A stretch of DNA of 43,757 bases from Octopus bimaculoides (Eukaryota). The DNA is taken from positions 20,064,176-20,107,932 of the forward strand of contig NC_068999.1 in the NCBI RefSeq assembly GCF_001194135.2, written 5' to 3'. The notes below the pieces were generated by a model, which was not told the DNA's origin, did no database searches, and was given only the letters and a program-made list of their open reading frames with translations. How positions within the stretch are numbered: the first letter of the stretch is position 1; each line of letters opens with the position of its first letter. This document shows positions 36,604 through 43,757 of this stretch, piece by piece. A program made the translations under genes and the position numbers.

Positions 36604-37110
36604 GAGTTAGAGAACATCAAATGCCATCAAAGTGACACTGGAGTCACTTTTATAAACGAAGCCGAATAAATCTATCATGACAGCCTGTCTGATAAGTGTA
36701 CTGAAGCTATATGCATCACAGACATATGTGCGCTAAATGGTGATCCCATATCAAGATAAACAACACATGTCATTGCAGGTGGGACCAGTAAGAATTTTCT
36801 TTAGGTTGAGGAGCCCATATCGTTCACAAGGTCCCTGAATAAGGTTTGTTTTAGAATGATGAACGAAACACCTATGTTTCTAGTGGTGAAGTATTTGGAA
36901 CCCATAGAATTCGTCTCGACACATGACTGTGATGCTCACTCACTACTTCTGCTCGTTTTCATTGATGCACATATCATCAGCCACTGATGTGCTCATCTGT
37001 TTAAAATTAATCAACTGAAAAGCAAATCTCTGGTATTGAGCAGATTATTTGCAGTAGCGTATTTTTTACACCAAGTCGAAACATGTACATGATAACAATT
37101 TCAACCAATT
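36603..37110 (-). repeat. Interspersed repeat X ending in (TAA)n, probably a LINE 3' UTR
   Basis: atgccatcaaagtgacactg, atacgaagcc-like and atggtgat.ccatat.aagat motifs shared with 43441-43625; no ORF recognised. Confidence 0.7.
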
Positions 37111-37120
37111 AACATCAAAT

Positions 37121-37205
37121 GACAATAAAATAAAGCACTAGTTAAGTATGGATCAATGTAATCGACAACTCTATCCCCTAAAATTTAAGGTCTTGTAACA
37201 AAAGT
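37121..37205 (+). mobile_element. Degenerate SINE type B core fragment
   Basis: aataaaataaagcactagtt..gatcaatgtaatcgac resembles the 20697-20745 core. Confidence 0.45.
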
Positions 37206-38382
37206 TATCTGTTTTATTTCTATACAATTATCGAACAGAAATTAACACATATTTTATTTGTTTCGTTTGCTGTTCTGCACCTTTGCTGCGCTTCGCATAG
37301 CTTGCTGGATGATCAGCTTGCAATTATAGAATATATATTTATTTGTACGCGAGAAACAATTAGTAATAAAATAACATTAATTATATTTTTTGAAATATAA
37401 ACTATTTTCTCTATAAGAAATGGCTATTTTGTAAAATGTTGAATTTATCTTGTTTGATTTGCTTCAAGTTATAACACGCTGACGATTCTCATGAAGGATG
37501 AAACAAAGACTAGAACATATGAACAATATGCAATGAAAAGATGTATGTATTCGCAGTTCATCATTCTTCTTTTATATAAATTCTTCACATTCAAATCTAC
37601 CTGAACTTAGCTTAATCTGTATGGGATCGTTTCCCCTTGTAATACTTAACAGCCAGTGGTACTACGTGCTTAAAATAATTGTTTGACATTTAAATAACAC
37701 ATAAACTCTTTTTGAATGGATTAATATATAGTGCAGATATGCGCAGAATTAACTGGTCAGAGTTGATGAACTATATAACTGGCATCACCAGTCCTATGTC
37801 CTGGAAAATAACTGGTTACCAGTTAAATCTTATTACAACGACGCCACTAATAAACTAATATTTAGCTACAAGATGTCGTAAGAGATATATTCGAGAAGGA
37901 AAGCATTTGAACGCACAACGGGAAAAAAACACTCAATATCCCATGGATCGACTTAATTAATCTTAACGAGATCGTGTAAGTGATAGGACATTTGGCAGCA
38001 TGCCACGCTATGCTACTATGATACGATAGAAAAACAATGAAACAACGATCGTGCTATGCTAATAAGCCACTGTATGTTTACTGCCAGGCTGCAAGCTGTG
38101 ACCAACACGTTACTGGTGAATTATTTAATAGTAATGATTTGGCTAATTTACTACAGACACAAACACACGCACACACATGCTCGCACATATACACACATAC
38201 ATTTATGTGTGTATATGTACGCATGGATGAAGGTATGTTTGTATGTATATATGTGCATGAGTCTTTATATATGTGCACACACACACACACATACACACAC
38301 ACACAAACTCACACACACATATACAAACATATACGCAAAACGCATACATGCATAGGCTTAAGTATATGCTTTTTATATATAT

Positions 38383-38798
38383 ATTCTTTTATTCTTTTAT
38401 TCTTTTATTTGTTTCAGTCATTTGACTGCGGCCATGCTGGAGCACCGCCTTTAGTCGAGCAAATCGACCCCGGGACTTATTCTTTGTAAGCCTAGTACTT
38501 ATTCTATCGGTATCATTTACCGAACCGCTAAGTGACGGGGACATAAACACACCAGCATCGGTTGTCAAGCAATGCTAGGGGGACAAACACAGACACACAA
38601 ACACACACACATACATATATATATACATATATACGACGAGCTTCTTTCAGTTTCCGTCTACCAAATCCACTCACAAGGCTTTGGTCGGCCCGAGGCTATA
38701 GTAGAAGACACTTGCCCAAGGTGCCACGCAGTGGGACTGAACCCGGAACCATGTGGTTGGTAAGCAAGCTACTTACCACACAGCCACTCCTGCGCCTA
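38383..38798 (-). mobile_element. SINE type A, full length, inserted in (TA)n
   Basis: Complete reverse-complement match to 555-966 and 18188-18827; tatatata on both flanks. Confidence 0.96.
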
Positions 38799-38799
38799 T

Positions 38800-38850
38800 A
38801 TATACACTTTATATATATATATGTATACACTGTACACGCATATATCTATC

Positions 38851-38900
<50 letters not shown>

Positions 38901-39185
38901 TATACATATATACATATATATATATATATATTTATATGTACGAATATAGCTGTATGTGTGTGTGAGTGTTTGTATATATATATATATATATGCATATATA
39001 TATACATGTATATATGTATACACATGGATGTTTATATACATATATGTGTGTGTATGTGTGTGTGTATGTATGTATGTATGTATGTATGTATAGACATGTA
39101 TATTTATAATCATACATATATGTATATTTTACATTGTAAATATATTTGTGTGTGTGTGTGCATGTACGCATATGTGTATTCCTGT
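38800..39185 (+). repeat. (TA)/(TG)/(TATG) microsatellite field
   Basis: Directly visible; also 38150-38340. Confidence 0.93.
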
Positions 39186-39309
39186 GTATTTGTCTAGTTT
39201 TATCACATCTGGTACATTTCTATGTCCGATGTTTAATTGTTTTTCAGGCTCTGGCGTCGATTAATCACTTTTATCAGTTTCTTTATCCTTCCTCGTCCAC
39301 TACCTTGTT

Positions 39310-39775
39310 CCCGCCTCCACCATTCTCACCATCATCACCATCCTCATTATCATCATCATCATCATCATCATCATCACCATCATCATCATCAAGACCATCA
39401 TCGGTGGCGGCCCTACTCTTACCCATCTAATTCATCATCCCGTCATTAGGATGACGATGTTGAATACAACAGATAACGCAAGATGATTATTATCATATTC
39501 AGAATAATGGTGGTGGTGTCGGTGAGAAGTGGAGGTAAGTGGGCGTTAGTGTCATGGTGGTCAATACGGTTGGCGATGTAGATGCAGACGATGGGTAAGG
39601 TGTTAGTGATAATGGCAAATGCAATGGTGATATTGATGTTGATGACAGCGGTAATGCTTGCGGTGGGGGTTTGTGCTATTCGTGATAGTGGCTGTATTGA
39701 TGGTAGTGGTGTTATTGCAGTGGCGATTATAATGATAATAATGATATTTCTAATGGTGATGACGTCGATCGTGTA

Positions 39776-39806
<31 letters not shown>

Positions 39807-40290
39807 AGCATCATCATCATCATCATCATCAACAACAACATCATCATCATTATCATCACCGTCCCCCGAAAAGTCATTACTTTTATCATTATCATAATAA
39901 TGGTCCTGGCCATGACAATTGTCATAAAGATAGACATGTTGATGATGGTGATGGAAATGATGACAACGATGATGATGATGATGACGATTATTGTCATGCT
40001 GGTCAACATTTTCCTCCTCCTCCTCCTGCTCATCATCATCACCATCACCATCATCATCATCTTCTTCATCATCGTCATTATCGATGTGATCTCAACGATT
40101 GTTACGTTGATAATCATTCCAAAGATCTCGTTCATATTCCATGTGACAACGTCAATGATTAAGATGATCAAAAAGATGCCAACGATAACGTTGTTGATAA
40201 TGCTGTTTCTGATGACAATGATATTAACAATGATTGATGTTAATAACATTATGCTGTTGACGAGAATGTTGCACATACAATAATAAATAT
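39310..40290. repeat. Degenerate (CAT)/(GAT)/(CAG)/(CCT) low-complexity region
   Basis: Trinucleotide mosaic producing overlapping low-complexity ORFs. Confidence 0.8.
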
Positions 40291-40424
40291 GGTGAAAATA
40301 TTTCTGCAAATGACGAAGTCTAAATCACTCCAGCTTCATCAGAGAATGAATTAATATACATTAGTATATTGGTTACATATTAGTACACTATATGGAATAT
40401 GACGTTAGTACAGCACTCAGTGAA

Positions 40425-40740
40425 GGCGCATGGCTCAGTGGTTAGAGCGTCGAGCTTACGATCGCGAGGTTGTTAGTTCGAACCCCGGACCGGGCTGAAT
40501 GTTGTGTTCTTGAGCAAGACACTTTATTTCACGTTGCTCCAGTTCACTCAGCTGTAGAAATGAGTTGCGACGTCACATGTGCCAAGCTGTATCGGCCCCT
40601 TTGCCATTCCCTTCGATAACACTGGTGGCGTGGAATGGGGAGACCGGTATGCATGGGTGACTGCTGGTCTTCCATAAACAACCTTGCCCGGACTTGTGCC
40701 TCGGAGGGTAACGTTTTAGGTGCAATCCCATGATCAGTCT
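40425..40740 (+). mobile_element. tRNA-derived SINE type C with CORE-like segment
   Basis: A box tggctcagtggttagagcg, B box gttcgaacc, then ttcttgagcaagacacttt..tgctccagt; no intact tRNA 3' acceptor stem or CCA. Confidence 0.85.
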
Positions 40741-40747
40741 TCTTTTA

Positions 40748-41215
40748 CCTGTTCCCCAACAATTTTATTTTTACCTGTAGATCATATCGATTGCTCTATG
40801 GATTCTGCTGGACTCCCATAGCCATTTGATCTTTAAAACTTTTCCCTTCGCCTGAAACATTCGACTTTTAAGCATTTGATGCTTTAAAATATTCTACTAT
40901 ATTATTGTAATTAGCTATTATTAGGAACCGTGAGGGTGGCCAGCACGCTGGGCAAAATAATTTGCGTTTTTTCGTCCGTCTTTACGTTCTGAGTTCAAAT
41001 TCAACCTTTGACTGGTCGATGAAATAAGTACCAGTTGAACGCTGTGGTCGATTTAATCGACTTATCCTATTTTGTTCAAAAATTGAAATCAGGATTATTA
41101 GGAATGGTATAAAATAATTTTTAAAACATTTTGTGTGTTGTAGACGAATAATCAAATTATAGCGCACAGATATTAACTACAAAATCTTATATGGACCCCC
41201 GCTTGAGAACCATTC
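40748..41215. mobile_element. hAT-like MITE related to 30927-31178, interrupted by a SINE
   Basis: Ends cctgttccccaacaatttt / tatatggacccccgcttgagaaccat; internal catttgatctttaaaa resembles cacttgatgtttaaaa at 31000. Confidence 0.45.
40930..41075 (+). mobile_element. SINE type B diverged copy
   Basis: agcacgctgggcaaaat, acgttctgagttcaaattc, ggtcgatgaaataagtaccagtt and gtcgatttaatcgactta match 20600-20745. Confidence 0.8.
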
Positions 41216-41237
41216 CCCTAGAGCACCTTGGGACATC

Positions 41238-41238
41238 G

Positions 41239-41293
<55 letters not shown>

Positions 41294-41330
41294 GAGCAAC
41301 AGCATCAGCAGTAAAAGTAGGCGCAGCAGC

Positions 41331-41388
<58 letters not shown>

Positions 41389-42050
41389 CGAGCAGCAACA
41401 GCAGCAGTAGTAGTAGTAGCAGCAGTTGTACTAGTAGTTTAATAGTAGCAGTACGGTGGTAGCGTATAGTGAGAGGGATAGAGAGTCAGCTGGAGGTGGT
41501 AGAGTGAAGGTGGTGGTAGTGGTAGACGATTATTGTGACAGAAGTGGTTCTTATGAACAAGGCGGTGCTGGTGCTAGTACCTGATGGTAATGACCCTACA
41601 TGTGAAGTGGACCTGGTAACAGATAGTGGTTTTAGTGAAAATGGTGGTAGCAAAACTAGCAGTAGTAGTGGTGGTGCGGGTGTTGGTGCGCTGGTGGTGG
41701 AAGCGGTAGACGTAGTCGTTCTAGTGCTTGCTATGGTGGTAGTAGTGGTGTTGGTGGTGTTGGCGGTGGTTTGATGATGAAGTTCGTGGCGTTCTTTTTG
41801 TTTTGGTCGTTGGTGGTGGCCGTGTTCATGATGGCGACGGATGTGGCAGTGGTCATGGCGGTGATGATGGTGGTAGGTGTGGTTTGGGGCAGCGGTGGTG
41901 ATTGGTGGTGCTACTGGTTTGGTGCTAGCGGCTGTGGTGTTGCTGAGGAAGAAAATAGTGGAGGCGGGGTTCGTGTCGTCGTTGTCTCCGTCTCAGTCGT
42001 CACCGTCGTCGTAGCGATAGCCATTATCGTCGACATTATTTCTGAGACAT
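41238..42050 (+). repeat. (GTA)n, (GCA)n and degenerate (GGT/GTC)n low-complexity region
   Basis: Directly visible. Confidence 0.9.
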
Positions 42051-42340
42051 TAGTGGGATAAGGTGTACTTGTTTGGAAATAAACCGAATAAAAAAAAATC
42101 TGTTTCCAAAAGTTTGGAAAGTCATGTAATGAGCGAGAATCACAAAGATAGATGTCTCTGAGAGAAAACTCTTATGTGATTCAATTAGAATGCAATGGGT
42201 TTGGTTTGTTTATATTTTCATGTTTATTCAATTTTATTTCTGTTATTTTCGTTATCAATTGGTACTTTACTTACATTTACCGGTTTCTGCCGCCTTCATC
42301 GCAGTCGTTGTCGCCGTCGTCGTCGTAGTACGTAGTAGTA

Positions 42341-42490
42341 GGAGGAGGGGGAGGGGGGAAGAGTGGAAGAGGAGGAGGAAAGAAGTGTACTAGGCGAGGA
42401 GGAGGAGGGGAGAGTGGAAGAGGAAGATGAAGAAGTGTACTAGGCGAGGAGGAGGAGGGGAGAGTGGAAGAGGAAGATGAAGAAGTGTAC
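42341..42490 (+). repeat. 50-bp purine-rich minisatellite running into a gap
   Basis: taggcgaggaggaggaggggagagtggaagaggaagatgaagaagtgtac identical at 42391-42440 and 42441-42490, diverged copy before. Confidence 0.93.
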
Positions 42491-43108
42491 NNNNNNNNNN
42501 NNNNNNNNNNNNNNNNNNNNNNNNNNNNNNNNNNNNNNNNNNNNNNNNNNNNNNNNNNNNNNNNNNNNNNNNNNNNNNNNNNNNNNNNNNNNNNNNNNNN
42601 NNNNNNNNNNNNNNNNNNNNNNNNNNNNNNNNNNNNNNNNNNNNNNNNNNTAATAGTGAGGGTTATAGCGGAAGTGGTAGTCGTTGTTATAGTGTTTCTA
42701 TTGACATCTTTTAAATATTTTTTGGGGGGTTGTTTCGTCTTTTCTTTTTGTTTTCGTTTTTTCTTCGAAACAAATTCTTACTGATGCTTCTAAAGTAGTT
42801 TGGTAGTCATTACGAGTTTTTCCGCTCTTATATCATCTTCAATTTGTTGTTTCCATTTTCACAAACAAGGCTGCCACACTGTCTATCCGAAAATGACGGT
42901 GGGCCAGACTCAATTATTTCTAATGGCAGTGGACAACTTGGCAAGAGATTAATGAGCAATCTTGGAAGAATATTTATTTGTATATATTTCCTAACTTTCT
43001 TGTGAAGAATCTATTGTTATAGTAATTATTATTAGTAATAGTGTTGTTCGTCATGTTGGTGTTGTTATTGTTGTTGTTTTCGTTGTTTTATTATCGTTGT
43101 TGTTGTCG

Positions 43109-43428
43109 TTATTACTACCTCCGCCTTAGCGAAGGCGGAAGTATTGTTTCAGTCGTGTTTGTTTCTTTGTTTGTCTGTAGACAAGTTATCTCAAGAACCG
43201 CTGGATGGATGTTGGGATCGATCCGGTACTGGACAAGGATTCTGGATTATTTTCCCTCCTTTTTTTTTTTTTTAATTTTTGAGAGCTGTGGGGGTTCATT
43301 TTCAGTATTTGTGAGAGTTGTCGAGATTATTTCAGATATTCTCATTTTAAAAAGAATCTCTCGCTAATTGTTGAGAGGATGTTGGTATTGCCTTGGCGAA
43401 GGTTCGTGCTCTCTGAGAGATCTTGTTA
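43109..43428 (+). mobile_element. Non-autonomous Helentron/HINE (DINE-1-like) element
   Basis: 5' hairpin cctccgcc-ttagcgaa-ggcggaag, short tttg/tctg repeat, subterminal IR gccttggcgaaggt, 3' stem ctctc-t-gagag, T-rich flanks. Confidence 0.55.
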
Positions 43429-43440
43429 TTATTATTATTA

Positions 43441-43625
43441 GTTAGTGAGAGAGCAGTGCATGCCATGAAAGTGACACTGATGTACAAATATACGAAGCCC
43501 AGTATACCTGTCATGACTACACATCTAATAAGTGTACACCAAGCATATACATCACAACCATATATGCGTGACATGGTGATCTCATATTAAGATTAACAGC
43601 GCATGAACTTCCAGGTGAGGCTTCT
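43441..43625 (-). repeat. Interspersed repeat X terminal fragment next to (TTA)n
   Basis: Alignable to 36603-36790. Confidence 0.8.
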
Positions 43626-43629
43626 TTGA

Positions 43630-43662
43630 TTATTATTATTATTATTATTATTATCATCATCA

Positions 43663-43737
<75 letters not shown>
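43630..43737 (+). repeat. (TTA)n microsatellite
   Basis: Directly visible. Confidence 0.98.
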
Positions 43738-43742
<5 letters not shown>

Positions 43743-43757
43743 TAGTTTTATTTTTAT
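43738..43757 (-). mobile_element. Extreme 3' end of another family-1 R4/Dong-like LINE (continues beyond the window)
   Basis: ttcagtagttttatttttat matches 8309-8328. Confidence 0.6.

Noticed and set aside
40425-40500. tRNA gene
   Set aside because: A and B boxes are present, but the sequence runs into a SINE body without an acceptor-stem 3' strand

Overview
This is eukaryotic, AT-rich, gap-containing scaffold DNA with no recognisable intact host gene, rRNA, true tRNA or CRISPR array. The SINE families and the density of (TA)n/(CA)n/(TTA)n/(CAT)n microsatellites point to an octopus genome; this is pattern recognition, not a database result. The window is a transposon graveyard. It holds about a dozen copies or fragments of three tRNA-derived SINE types, a decayed Tc1 and a decayed mariner, a Tx1/L1-type LINE lacking its endonuclease region, and several R4/Dong-like (RLE) LINE fragments mostly sitting in (TAA)n arrays and all on the minus strand. 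It also holds a split Mag-like Gypsy provirus with non-matching LTRs and a tandem PBS array, a Penelope-like element (RT + GIY-YIG), two hAT-like MITEs and a Helentron/HINE-like element. Most ORFs in the supplied track are artefacts of N gaps or simple repeats. The most interesting non-standard signals are fold-back palindromes at rearrangement junctions, a four-family patchwork inside the Gypsy, a tandem duplication carrying Py-tract-CAG|GTAAG motifs, and a TAACTGG motif cluster. No clearly novel biological system can be demonstrated from sequence alone.
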